The notes under the pieces were generated by a model. That model was given only the letters and a program-made list of their open reading frames with translations. It searched no databases and had not been told where the DNA came from. DNA of 64,000 nt from Eledone cirrhosa. Its lineage: Eukaryota. Location: assembly GCA_964016885.1 (NCBI GenBank), contig OZ024750.1, forward strand, positions 26,660,001-26,724,000, read 5' to 3'. The translations under genes were made by a program, and so were the position numbers. This document shows positions 37,139 through 50,567 of the stretch, piece after piece. How positions within the stretch are numbered: the stretch's first letter is position 1; the number at the start of each line of letters is the position of its first letter.

Positions 37139-37455
37139 CTGTCTACACGTAAAACTAACTTGGAAGGCGGACGACGGATGGGCGGCGTGTATCACAGACA
37201 GACACACACACAGGCTGTCTACACGTAAAACTAACTTGGAAGGCGGACGACGGATGGGCGGCGTGTATCACAGACAGACACACACACAGGCTGTCTACAT
37301 GTAAAACTAACTTGGAAGACGGACGACCGATGGGCGGCGTGCATCACAGACAGACACATAGACAAGTCGTCAATAACTAAAACTAACTTGGAAGACGGAC
37401 GACGTGTATCACAGACAGACACACACACACGCTGTCTACACGTAAAACTAACTTG
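37139..37455 (+). repeat. rDNA spacer subrepeats, 76-bp unit, about 4 copies
   Basis: ctgtctacacgtaaaactaacttggaaggcggacgacggatgggcggcgtgtatcacagacagacacac.. starts at 37139, 37215 and 37291, followed by variant and partial units. Confidence 0.9.
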
Positions 37456-37724
37456 TAATATCTATGGTTAGGGGGAAGTGTTTGGATACACAATCTTTAA
37501 TCTCTCGAGAAGTTACTTCCCATGAAACCACCCTCTAATTAGTAAGGTAAATATGCCCTTTGGCAGCCATCTTGTTACCCATAGGCAGATCTCACACAAT
37601 GCAGCCTCGACAGATGAGTACTGCTTGTTTATGGCTGACAGCTGATGAAACAAAGGCACCATAGTAAAAACTAATATATGGAACATTATATTATGTAACA
37701 TTATTTTAATTTATATTCCTTTGA

Positions 37725-37843
37725 GTTCCGATGAGCCACTCTGTTTTTAAATATGTTAATTATTTTCAACTGAACCAGATCAAATATGATACATAGTCAT
37801 CTGATCCAGAAATATTATACGGAGTAGCGAAACAATTTTAAAC
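37725..37843 (+). ncRNA. Degenerate long-stem-II hammerhead motif
   Basis: gtt-CCGATGA-gccactctgt...acggagtagc-GAAAC AATT TTA-aac; two core changes. Confidence 0.4.
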
Positions 37844-38164
37844 GGGCATTATTATTATTAATATTATTATTATTATTATTCTCTATATTCCTTACATCAA
37901 ACTAAATATGTTGACAATCTTTTAATAATGTCTTCCTTGTGAAATTTGTGGTCTTGTTTTGCTTAACTAATGAATATTTCCAGCTCTGCGCACCTAAGCT
38001 CTGCATGAACCCAGCCACCTAGCTGCTTTCTACTGCATATTGCACATTGAGCACATGCCTTTACGCTTTGGCTTCTAACTAACTCACCAATCTTTCCTCT
38101 CATATCTCCTCTACTATCTCAATCTCTCTCTTTAAGATTGGTTACTCTTGAACTGTGTATATAC

Positions 38165-38254
<90 letters not shown>

Positions 38255-38256
<2 letters not shown>

Positions 38257-40134
38257 GTAGGGATGGGGGACTTCAATGCACATCTCAGTAAGGAGGGCAG
38301 TGAAGTCCTTGCTGGTACTTCCATAACAACACCAACCGAAATGTATGACTACTGAGAGACACCCTGCTGGAGGCGAACTTGATAGCGACCAACCTAAGGT
38401 TTAGGAAGAATCCGGGTAAGATGTGGACCTACATCTCAAATATGCACCTCTCCAAGTCCCAGATTGATTTCATTCTGGCGAGGAAAATGTGGCGGAATAG
38501 TGTTCTGAACACAGAACCTACAACTATTTCAGTACACTGGGCAGTGACCACCGGCTTGTTATTAGTGAGGTCCGGGTGAGCTTAAGAAAGAGCAAGGCTC
38601 AGCACCGGAGGGCATCTATGAATGGGGAGCTTTCAAGGAAGATGATAAGCTACAGGAGAGGTTCACAGTGGAAGTGAGGAACAGGTTCAGTGCTCTGTGT
38701 GGAGAGTCAGAGGAGAGAGAGATTGGATGGACTGAGGAGAGTGTGACGAGGTGATACGGGTACTTCACCAATGCAGTGGCGGAAGCAAGTGAAATCCTGG
38801 TGCCGAGGAAAAAGAACAAAAGGAAGAACGTCAGCTCTGCAAACCCAAAAGTGTGTGCAGCCAGAGAACACCTGAGAGCTGCCAAGGACCAATTCTATGC
38901 TGATCCTACGGAGGAGATGATGGAGACTGTGGAGGTGACGAGGGAAGAACTCTGTACTGCTTACACTGAGGCCAGAGAGGAAGCACTGATAGAGAAGATC
39001 AGAAGTGTGAAGATAGCGGTTGACAGATCTGGATGTAAGGAGAGCTGGATGATCATCAACGAGATCACAGGGAGGAAGAGAAGGTGTTCGAGTCAGATCC
39101 AGGGAACGGGGCCCGAGGATAGGAAGAGGAAATGGCTAGACCATTTTAGGACCCTACTAGGAGAGCCACCCTCCACAGCCCAGAGCACTGGGGAGATCAG
39201 GCGGCTGTTTGAGGAACTGGATATTGAGACAGAGCCCTTCACCAGAGAGGAGCACAAGAGAGCCAAGAAGAGGATCAAGGAGGGCAAGGCTCATGGACAA
39301 GAGGCATCAGAGGTGATAAAGAGGTGTGATTTTGATGATATCATCCAGGGGTTCTGTAACCGGGCACTGGAGAAAGGAGTTGCCCCGAATCAGTGGAGGA
39401 TCAGTAACATCGTCCCAGTGTCAAAGAAGGGAGATCTCTCTAACACCAACAACTACAGGGGGATCTCACTGACGTCACTTGTGGCAAAGATCCTCAACAG
39501 GATGATTCTTAACAGGATCCAGCCTGAGATGGAGAAGAAGCTCAGGGACAACCAGAACGGCTTCAGAGAGGGAAGATCAACCACCAGTCACATCCTGATG
39601 CTGAGGAGGATATTAGAGGGAGCTAGAGCAAAGTGAATTCCTGCTGTCATGGTTTTCATTGACTTTAGGAAGACCTTTGATTCTGTGGATCGTCACTGCC
39701 TGATGAATATCTTTCAGGCTTATGGAATCCCCAAGAAGATAGTGGACCTGATATCATTGCTTCACACCAACACCAAAGCCCAATTTATTACACCTGATGG
39801 GATGACAGAGTTCTTTGAGATACTGGCTGGAGTGCTCCAGGGAGCCACATTCGCTCCCTACCTTTTTATCATTCTAGTGGACTATTGTATGGGCCTTGCA
39901 CTGGAGAAACACCAGGACTCTAGCTTTACTGTAGCACCGGCTCAGAGCAGGAGAGTTAAGGCGAAAAAGGTATCAGATGCTGAATTTGCCGACGACATAG
40001 TTTTGGTGACAAATACAGTGAAGGAGGCAGAGGATTTGATGCGGGAGGTTGAGACTGTGTCGATGAGTGTGGGGCTGAGAATGAATGAGACTAAAACAAA
40101 ATATCTGGTAGAGAATGTTGAGAATGATCACTAG
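38255..40134 (+). mobile_element. RTE-like LINE (APE C-terminus plus RT), disrupted
   Basis: MGDFNAH, SQIDFIL, NYRGISL, QNGFR, FIDFRKTFDSV, GVLQG, EFADD; stop at 39634-39636. Confidence 0.9.
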
Positions 40135-40158
40135 GCTCTACTCTATCCGGGGTATATA

Positions 40159-41575
40159 TTATGGTGTCTTTGTAACCGGCCCTGTGCAGTGCCTCATTAT
40201 ATTATTTGGCGTGCTGTTTAAGGTGAATACGCGTTTGGATACCTCTTTAACTATGGCTTCTATGACTGACTTAGGGTGATTCGATTGCCTGTTCGCATAT
40301 TGCATGTTTTCGTTGGGCTTATGGTACGGTCTGTGGATGCCCGTATTCATTTCCAAGGTAACGTCCAGGAAATTGACCGTCTTAGTGCTAGTGTCTATTG
40401 TCACGGATAAGCCATGTTGTTTAAAAACATGCGATATGCGCTTCCTCATACGCTCCATCTGACTGGGGTTAAGGGAACGGAAGGTGAAAAGTGCGTCGTC
40501 TCTGTATATTCCACCTGCGATCCCTGGGATCTCCTCCGTCGGCCTATGGATGAGATATATCCCCACAAGGTCGGTCCACTGCGCCGAGTCACTTGACCCC
40601 ATGGTGATATTGAAACAGTCGGGTCTGCCGCCCCTCTCCCATAACTTGTCTTCGAAACTAATTAGCGTCTTTCTGGCTGCTACTATGAGGTTGGTCTCGT
40701 CCCTAGTGAGGCTGGATCTGGCCATGGCGCTTATGAGGGCCTTATTGACTAGTATCGGAGATACTGACGCATAATAGCTATCTATGTCTAACTGAATAAA
40801 ATTTACTTGGTGTTTGTCAGCTATTAAGGAGAACCAGTCAATTACCTCCTTAGTGGAGGTCCATAGGCTAAGTTTAGTTTTGTTTCTAAGTACCGGTATT
40901 ATCCTATCTATAATATTATTGCTGGTCTTGCCTAGGTCGGATTTGGAAGGTGCTATTAACCTACCCGGTAGTTTAGTTTTAAAGTCTAATTTATGATCCT
41001 TAATAGATATCCGTGGTTTACTAGGTACATATACCTCGGTCCTATCCTCTAGTCCTAGCCCTCTCAGTATACTTTTTGTCGTGGCGTTAATACTATCTAA
41101 ATTTGTCTGTGCTGTGGTCTTATAGTTTATCCTAATCTCTTTCCCGAAGCAATCATTGTATGTAAAATGGTCAAGCATGTATACATTACCAGTTTTATCC
41201 GAGGGCACGAGTAAATCCTTGCATATTTCCGTGATTTTCATGGTGGATCCGAGACTTTTGTGATATTTTGTCCGTCGTGCACTATTCCTATGGAACTTGA
41301 TGTTACGAACTATGTTGACTATACGGTTTTCAACTTCCTCCAGCTGTGCATTATGTGGTGGGTCACTTCTCGATCTAAATATCCGCTTTAGGCGTTCCTG
41401 AGGGACGTCTGGCGCGTGTTTTTGTGTCCGCCTGTCGTGTTGAAATGCGCGCTACCTCATGCGTCTGATGAACGAGTTGGTGTGGTATATCAGCAGGCCC
41501 ATATACGTGTTATCAGACGGGATCGGTATGTCTTTCATGGAAGAAGAGTAGTGGAAATTTTCCAAGGCGAATCGC
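40159..41575 (-). mobile_element. Penelope-like (Neptune-type) element, N-terminus plus RT, 3'-truncated
   Basis: SMKDIPIP..FIRRMR; SDKTGNVY, IKDHK..F..RLIAP.KSDLG, DIDSYY, TMGSSD.A..DLVG, IYRDD, FLDVTL, PYHKPN..SNHP. Confidence 0.9.
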
Positions 41576-41949
41576 TGTAAGCGGGCTACTTGTGGAGGAG
41601 CGTAGTATATAGTTGTGTATAATGGTAGTAATGGTTTTTTATATATATGTTTGTATGTGTGTGTCCGTGTGCGCGAACACGCCCCCTCCCTTTTGAGGAC
41701 TTTTTATTATTATATTATTATTGTTATTCCTTTTTCTTTACTCGATTTATGTAAACTCCCCCACTGTGTATTTGTCCCCTTCTTTTGTGCCCTCGTGGCA
41801 AATAAATAGAAATTTATCTATCTATATACACATATACGGACACACACACACATATATATACATACATATATATAAAAAAGAGTCAGGAGCCCGACGGCTG
41901 TGCTCCGGACGTTTAGACAGCTAAATCTGAACTAAGCCACCAGTATTAG

Positions 41950-42047
<98 letters not shown>

Positions 42048-42409
42048 CGTGTGTGTGTGTCTGCGTGTCTGTGTGTGTGCGTGTATGTTTATTTAAACAT
42101 TTATACAAACTAACACACTTTCAAATATTAATAAGAAAATATATGATCACGTGACAACCTGGTTGAGCTTGTTTTGTTTGGGAAGTCTGAATTTCATGAT
42201 GGGTGCATTTCGATATATTGGGTCCTACATCTATCTCCCACACACTGTTGACATGAAATATCCATCTGCACAGTGTTATAGCGCAGTTATATTTATATGT
42301 ATCTACATCTCTTCAAATAATAAACGCAACACACATATCTCTGTGTATCTATTTAGCTGCAGTTCATTCATCCATTTTCTAACTATCTATCTTTCCTTGA
42401 AAGGTCGAG

Positions 42410-42923
42410 CGGAGGTGGCGAACACTTACATTGCGAATTTCTGTTTTCCTCTGTATAGTGGCTATGGTAAAAGAGGTTATATGGTGGACAAGATGGAGAG
42501 GGCTGAGGACAGATGCCTTTCACTCCGGACAACTCATTCCCTTCTTTAGGTACCACTTTAGAAGGAAAATCAGAGTGGAGAGAAAGGCACTGCACCCCAG
42601 TAAATTTACTGGAATGTAGGTGAATGTAGCAAAAGTGGCCCGAGAGATTGGGCCTTCTCTGTATATAAACCTGTAGGTTGAAGAAGAGAGCAAAAGAAAG
42701 AATGGAGCACTTGCACAACAAGCTCCTGGTGTTGAGGGTTGTTCAATCTACGGGGTATAAAACAATCCATTTGTAACGCCTCTCCCCTGTTGGGGATTTT
42801 AATTGTTGAATTTGTGAATTTGTAAATTTTCTTTTACACTTTTGTATGTAAAATCCTCGGCATATGTCCTTGTTTTATCCCCTTTTCTTGTGTGCTCCTG
42901 TAGCAAATAAAGAAATCTATCTT

Positions 42924-42975
<52 letters not shown>
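42410..42975 (+). mobile_element. Degenerate LINE 3' end with AATAAA and (ATCT)n tail (similar tail at 41700-41825)
   Basis: ttgtg..ctc.tg..gcaaataaa.gaaat..atct is shared by both tails. Confidence 0.45.
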
Positions 42976-42976
<1 letters not shown>

Positions 42977-44926
42977 TTACCTATCTAACTACCTATCTAC
43001 CTATCTATCTATATGTCTGTCTTGTTAGTCCGTACGTCCTTCCCTTCATTCGTCCATCCACCCATCCCGGCTTTTTAGTGTATTGTTTATTGTCAATTAT
43101 TGCGTTGACACTGTTAAATTAAATTTACGTAAATTCAAAAAAATTGCAAGGCACACAATGGACCGATTAATCTTATGTCCACTAATAAATGCAGAAATAT
43201 CTTAGATCTTTACTGTTTTTTGAAAAAGTAGGAAATATTGGTCGATAGACTACAATAGGCACTCCTAGCTAAAACAACATTATTTTATAATCTTCTCTAC
43301 GTTCGCTCACTTCTCAATTTCATTTCCTTCTCTACATTTCTTTTGACTCTCACTTTTGCTCTTTCCTTTTTTCTGACCCATCACGCCTTTCTTAACATCA
43401 CGCCCTCTCTTAGTTTTTGAGTGACTACTTCATTGGTTGTCTTGCAAACGTGTAACTAACTACTTAGAATAAGCATGATATCTTCAGCTACATCTGTATA
43501 TATCTGTTACTAAATCACATAAGAGAGACGAAATGTGGACTGTTATTAGTGAGATAAAATCTCTTGTGGTGGTACCATTTGAAATAGTATAACTGTTTAT
43601 ACATTTTTGTGGGTTGCTCAGATGTCTAGCCACCCTATATAAGACCCGAACGTTATTGAACATGATTGAACATTTTTGGACAAAAATTGCAGCGTGAGAA
43701 TAACATGATAGCTTGCCGTGTTCTTTTCAGGATCATCTTCTACTTCCACTGACTTCATAGTTCCACTGACTTTCAAGGAGGGCAAAGATAAAATATCTCC
43801 CATTGGAAACTTTTAGCTAGACAAAGCAGAACTATACAATGTACGTCAACTTTTGGAAGACTACATTTTCTATTAGGGCTTACTTTTGACTCATGTTTTC
43901 TTTTAATCATTACAGGCTTTCGATAGAAGAATGTAGACGACTACAGTTTTCCGGCTGGATGAGCTACAGATATCAAAGGAAGAGTTACTTGCAACTCTAA
44001 TGTGTCACATTTCTCTTTCTATGTTTATAATATTAATAATGGAAAGTATCAATATTTCAAATTCATTAATCAATAAAAAAAAGTTGAGGATCAAATTCTC
44101 ACATTTTTTTTCCTTAAAAGATTGTCAAAATCAAAGAGAAATTCCCACATGACACTCTCGTCTGAATTTCTTGTTTGATGTTCAAGTTGAACATCTGTAA
44201 ATCATTGTTAAAAACATGAGTCGGGATATAAAACTAGGTGGGCATTGTTCTGGACAGGAGACCTTATGGGGAAAGAACAATATTAAGAAGAAAAAATATG
44301 AGAGTTGGCTAGGATACGATGAATACGCATGAGGTGAAAAAGTTATGCAAATATCTAGAGCAGAACAACAGATCATTATACTAGTGATGTAAACAGAAAG
44401 AAGAATAACAGACGGCAAGTCTATGAATGTCCTTTCTGATTTGTTTAATAATGATTGTGTGTAGCAATAGGATTGTTGTGGAGATTTGAGCTGTAGTATA
44501 ATGTGGGTTTAAGTTGAACCTAGTAGAGTGTTAGAAATTGAGTGGGATTGATGTATTTTCTGGTTCTATATATGGAATTTAATGTGTGTGAAACAATTTA
44601 TTCATGTGTTATTTCTTAGGTTTCATCAGATGTTCCAATATTTGTATCAATGTTGAAAGTCTTAAGTGTATGTTAATCATAATTAGAGAGTACAAGGTAC
44701 GACATTATGTAACAGATGTATGTAGTGATAGAATTGTTTTGTTTTTTTGAGAACGTTATCCTCTTCATATTGACAGATGTTCCCCAAACCATGGATTCAC
44801 TTTATGTTGGTGTGAATTAATGGGATTGCGTACAAGTGATACATGTATGTGACAATCTAAGCAGGAGTAAAGTGTAGCAAATTTTGAGTTGCAGAGTGCC
44901 TCATTAGAGGCAATAACAATGTAGAG

Positions 44927-45045
44927 CAAAGGTTCGCAACGGGGGAATATGCCCCCCGTGGGCGTTTCGGAGCTCCAGGGGGCGTTTTGGAGCAAGGGGG
45001 CGTTGGGAAGGCGGGTGTTTGAAGATATGGGGGGCGCTAGGCTAT
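44927..45045 (+). mobile_element. hAT-like left terminus
   Basis: caaaggttcgcaac TIR with repeated gggggcgtt subterminal motifs; matching right end at 61134-61147. Confidence 0.5.
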
Positions 45046-45324
45046 TTACTTGGGTCAATTTTATAACCCATAATTTTACGTCTCTGAGACAGCCAATCAG
45101 AATGCAATTGAATAAACAAAACTAAGAAAATAAATAAAAGAATCTTGTCAACTAATTCCCTAGAGAGATAAATGAAAAACGAAAGAAATCAAAGAGAATG
45201 AATATAAGGACAATGTCAACTTTAACAACAGTTACAAGAACAACAGAATCGACAAGAAAAAGAAGCAATGGTGATGAAAGATGTGGGTGTATAAATATAC
45301 ATACATAGAATCATACAAACACAT

Positions 45325-45935
45325 GCATACATACATACATACATACATACATACATGGTAGCTTGCCAACTCGTTTTCGAGTACGGCCACTACTTTATAT
45401 CCTTGTAGGAGAACCCCTACCGATGCGCTGAACGAGTGTGACTTTTTAGTTCAGCCAGCAACTTGAAAACTCTCGTACAAACACTACACTTGTGACAATT
45501 ATTGACACATAGTGCTGGGCCCATGGTACCATGTGACGACAAGTGCAGAGAGATCTCCAGATATAAAGCAATGCCTGTGCCGTTTCTTGGTGAGGAGGGT
45601 GACTTTGGACATCCTGCAGGACTAAAAACAAAACCTGTCAAAGGGCTCTTAAGAGTCAATGGCCATCCAAAATCACCGGGAGATATAACATACATACATA
45701 CATACATACATAGTGGCTGCCAACTCGTTTTCGAGTACGGCCACTACTTTATATCCATGTAAGAGAACCCCTACCAATGCGCTGAACGAGTGTTGCTTTT
45801 TAGTCCAGCCAGCGACTTGAAAACTCTGGTACAAACACTACACTTGTGACAATTATTGACACACAGTGCTGGGCCCATGGTACCATGTGACGACAAGTGC
45901 AGAGAGATCTCCAGATATAAACCAATGCCTGTGCC
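45325..45935 (-). mobile_element. Two tandem 5'-truncated LINE 3' ends (C2H2 finger plus (ATGT)n tail)
   Basis: 45354-45580 is similar to 45712-45935; HKCSVCTRVFKLLAELKSHTRSAHR*. Confidence 0.75.
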
Positions 45936-46256
45936 GTGAAGCTTTTATAGTGAGCAAAGGCACTGCACAAAGCCAGTCCCACGCTCTTAACCAAGATGAT
46001 ATTTACCAAAAATAAGAACAAGTCAACATCATTGGATACCATCAGGGTTGCAGGTGTTATATCAGAGTTTTCCTTCCCCTAGAATTCTGCCTTGACAAAG
46101 GCTAAGGGGTCATCTCTCCATACATACATACATACATACATACATACATACATACATACATACATACATACATACATACATACGTACATACGTACATACG
46201 TACATACATACATACATACATACATACATACATACATACATACATACATACATACA

Positions 46257-49200
46257 GTCAACGCGATCAGTCGCATATTTGGGCGGGGGAGAGTATTTAT
46301 TAAATTTAAGATGAATACTATCTCCGACAGTAATGCCACATCTACAGTCATGTTGAATAACTGGTTATTCTTCTAACTATATCTTTTGAAGACACCTTTT
46401 ATTCGAATTGGTCGAGATATCCGACTAAATACATAATTCATTTTACAAGGATTTGCTACAAACAGCATGGCTGAACACAACATCAACAACAATATTAAGG
46501 AAGTACCGAAAACAAATAACAAGGAAGGTAAACAAACTATATTCAGTTGTAGCTCCAGAAGAAACCGAAATTATAAATCGCATTTCTCTTGGAGTTGCGA
46601 ACTTAATAATGATTTATCTAATTGTTATAAAATGGCAAAAAACAATCCCTCCATTGGCTATATGAACAGAATGAAGCTACACTGTGACAAAATACACCCA
46701 GAGCTAAATTATTTCACAGCGAAACAATTACGCCAACAAGCGTCGTTTGTTGAACGTAAACATAAGATAAATATTATTAATTATAAGTCCCCCACAACAA
46801 ACATGTTATCAACAACACGTGCTACAGGTCGCCATGCTACTAGACTTCCTAGCAGCCAGGTCGAACAGCGCCTTGAAACAACTTTGCCTGTAAGAAACTT
46901 GACACAACTTGTACCATCTAAGTCTACCTCGAATGCTGGGGAAAACACTATCGATAATAATAATAATCGAAGAAATTTGACACCACGTGTACCATCCAAG
47001 TCTACCTCGACTGTAGTGGAAAATACTATCGATAATGATAATAATCAAAAGTATAAACAATTGAAATTTTCCCTCGACGAAATCTTCCAGGAAGAAATTA
47101 ATTCATGTATAAATATCTCTCTTGCTGAACGTATTAAAACGACAATGTTTCATAAAAAAACAAATAATGAAATATTACGTGTTATTGACGAAATAGGGGA
47201 TGAATATTTACGACGGATAAAAACCCAACATTTTGGCAAATCAACGCCTGTTTATATGCCTTAGCAACGACAGTGAAGTATTATCTTGGTGATAGCAGAG
47301 ATATCAACAAGAACAGAACACCACCAAAAATACCATCATATATAACTAAAAGAGAAAAAAAGATTGATGACCTACGAAAAAACATAGGATATGTGACAAT
47401 GCTCCTTACATGCAAACAAACACAAAAACACCTCATTCCTCACCAACAAAGAGTGAAAAATAAAATAGAGACGATGTTGGGTAACAGTAGAACCAGAACT
47501 CTCCAATATAAGCTGATCACCATTAAACAAGAATTTTGAGCTGTTAGTGAAAAACGCCGATACCTGAAGAAGGTAAATGAAAGAAAAGTGCTTAATAAAA
47601 GATTCAGACGAAACCAAACATCAGTCTATAGAGATATGATGGGCAAAATAATAAGTGTCACTGAGGCCCCATCCCAGAAAGACATAGATTCCATTTGGAG
47701 CAAAATATGGTGTGAAAAGAACAATTTCAACCAATATGCAGTGTAGCTAAGAGAAATCCGAAAGAATTATTGCTCCTACACTACAACAAAAGCATACGAA
47801 ATAAGTGAGGGTACCCTTTAAACTGTGATAGGAAAACTCCAAGATAAGAATACACCAGGAAGAGACACGATTGTCGGCTACTGGTACAAAAAAATGATAT
47901 TCTATCTGAGGTATCTTACTGACCTCTACCAAAATGTTTTTAAGGGATATACACTTATACCAGAATGGTTGGCATTAGCAAAAACATTACCCTATCCCCA
48001 AGAAAAAAGACACCCACTTGGCAAAAAACTAACAACCCATTGCATGGCAGAACCTGATATATAAGATGTATACAGCCTACCTGAACCTATTCCTCCAAGA
48101 TCACTGTGAAATTAATAACATCATCACAGATGAACAAGTAGCTGGAAAGAAAGGAGTTTGGGGATGTGCTGAACAACTCCCAATCAACAAAATTGCGATG
48201 TCGGAGGTGCGACAACTTAGGAAGGATATGGCTACAGTCTGGCTGGACTACAGGAAAGCTTTCAATTCTGTTCCCCACTCTTGGATGATAGAGGCCCTCT
48301 AACTTGCTAAAGTCCCAGACATTATTGTCAGAGCCATAGAGAGACTCTCTTCTTCTTGGGCTACTATCTTAAGGTTAAATACAGGGAGGGAGGATTCTAT
48401 TTTCACTGATAAAATAAAATATTGCACGGGTATATTTCAGGGAGACAGTCTCTCTGTGATATTATTCATCTTGTCATTAAACCCCTTGTCCTTTTTGTTC
48501 AAGAAATGTGAGGGATACATCATTGGCTCACAGGAGGACAGAAATACGAACCTAACCGATAATTTCTTTGAGGACGATCTGAAACTCTATGCCAAGAACA
48601 TGGATGGGATGAAGAAAAATCTTGACCTGATTACAACGTTCTTAAAGGATATAGGAAAGGAGTTTGGCCAAGATAAATGCTCATACATGACTGTAAAGCG
48701 GGGAAAAACAACAACCAAATCTAGCAACATTGTCATCAATGGCCTGGGGATAGATGAGAACATATCCTATAATGGTATCTGTAATAAAGAACGCATAACC
48801 AGGGAATACTACACCCGATTAAGAAAAATCTGGTCATCGGAACTCTCTGCGCAAAACAAAACAGTGGCTCACAATGTGTTTTCTGTGCCTGTCCTAACAC
48901 CAACGTTTGGAATACTCAATTGGACGATAGACGAAATCCGAGCAGTTGATGTTGGAACTCGAAAGACACTAAAAACACCGGAAACTTCCACATCAACACT
49001 GACATAAACCGCCTTTACTTGAAACGTAAGCAGGGAGGGAGAGGCCTAACATCAATCGAAGCAACAATTGAATGTCGCATCATATCTCTCCGACAACATC
49101 TACGAACCTCGAAGCGTAGGAGCCCGTTTCTCGAGAAAGTCTATCTACATGAAACAGATAAGATCATGAGAGTTGGGAAGAAACTCTTCGAGAGATATTC

Positions 49201-50315
49201 CCTGTGTGATAATCAAAAACTCACACCCAGGGAAGTCGCTCAGCAGTATCGCAGTGAATCCATGGCTGAAAAACTACATACTTATCAGCAAAAAATCATC
49301 CATGGATATGTTGCCAGGAAGCTCCAGAGTGAGAGTAATATAGATAAGGAAAGTAGTCTATCTTGGAACAACAACCGCTATATTGGCTCACACTTTGAAG
49401 GATACGCTTTTGCAATTCAAGAACAGGAGATTAACACGAAATACCTGATTCACAAAAAGATAGGGATGCAGGCAAAACACCTAGATGTGATAACAAGTGC
49501 AGACTCTGCAGAACTAACATCGAGGATCTCACCTATGTCATGAGCAACTGTCCAAAGATGTCAACGCGGTACTCTCTACCTATGAGGCATGATGTAGTGG
49601 CCAAAACACTGTACAATGCAGTTCGTAAAAAAAATAGCCCCGATAATAAACATTAAAAGCTACAGCAATGTGGAAGACATCCATGTACATAATATGAAAG
49701 AGTACTGGTGGAATGTTCCAGTAAAACCCCCAATAAAATTCAGGCATAACAGACCAGATATTATGATATGGGACAGGGAGAAGAAAGCATTCACACTAGT
49801 GGAAATTAGCTGCCCAGCAGGTGCCAATATAGTATCAAAGATTAGTGAAAAGGAGAATATTTATGCAGAACTGATGAGAAATCTGCAGATACTCCACCCT
49901 GATTACACCTTCAGATTTATGCCTGTGATTATTGGGGTACTGGGGTATGTTAGTAACTGCCTCAATACAAATCTTGAGAAGCTATGTTTCACAGGAACAG
50001 AAAGAACACAACTAGTTAGGAAATTACAAGTACAATCCATTAATGGAACAGTAAAAATATGTAAACCATTCCAAATATTTTGCATCTAATAACTGCATAT
50101 ACACATGTACAGATGCAAAGCATATACACATGCACACATACAACTCAAAACATCCCCATCCACACATACAATAGCATCCATATCTACACATGCATGCATA
50201 CATACATATCTACCTAGTTGATGTTGTGTAAATTCCAATGAGAGTCTTGTGTCTATGTGAGAAACCGACTCTCTCTCTATTGGTAAAACTTTGTGAAATT
50301 ATAAAACCAGAAGAG
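46257..50315 (+). mobile_element. R4/Dong-type RLE non-LTR retrotransposon, full length but disrupted
   Basis: N-terminal Myb-like WSCELN..GYMNRM..QLRQQ; WLDYRKAFNSVPHSW, GIFQGDSLS, FEDDLKL, GGRGL, AIQEQEINT, CRLC...C, RHD, RPDI..VEISCP; many stops and frameshifts. Confidence 0.9.
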
Positions 50316-50567
50316 CATACATACATACACACACATATATACACACACAGGCCGGCGTTGGTGTTTGATGAGGTTGAGAACCTGGTCAGCTTTCAGTCAA
50401 AGCTATGGTATTTAATCTCCTTAGGTAATGAAATCAAAATTCTCTCTCTCCCCCCCCCCCCCGAAAACCCCGCATAAATCAGGTCAACATCTTGATGCAC
50501 TTAAATATAAATGCATGTATATATACAATGTATAAATGCATTGCTATATACATAGGTAAATGTATGT

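Noticed and set aside
35439-37428. ORFs over the 28S 3' part and spacer
   Set aside because: rRNA and spacer shadow ORFs
37139-37455. CRISPR-like appearance of regularly spaced repeats
   Set aside because: The whole unit repeats with no unique spacers; eukaryotic rDNA context and no cas genes
43730-44000. Two exon-like segments after ttttcag and ttacag, one reading RRLQFSGW
   Set aside because: The first has stops in all three frames; similarity to any domain is too weak to call
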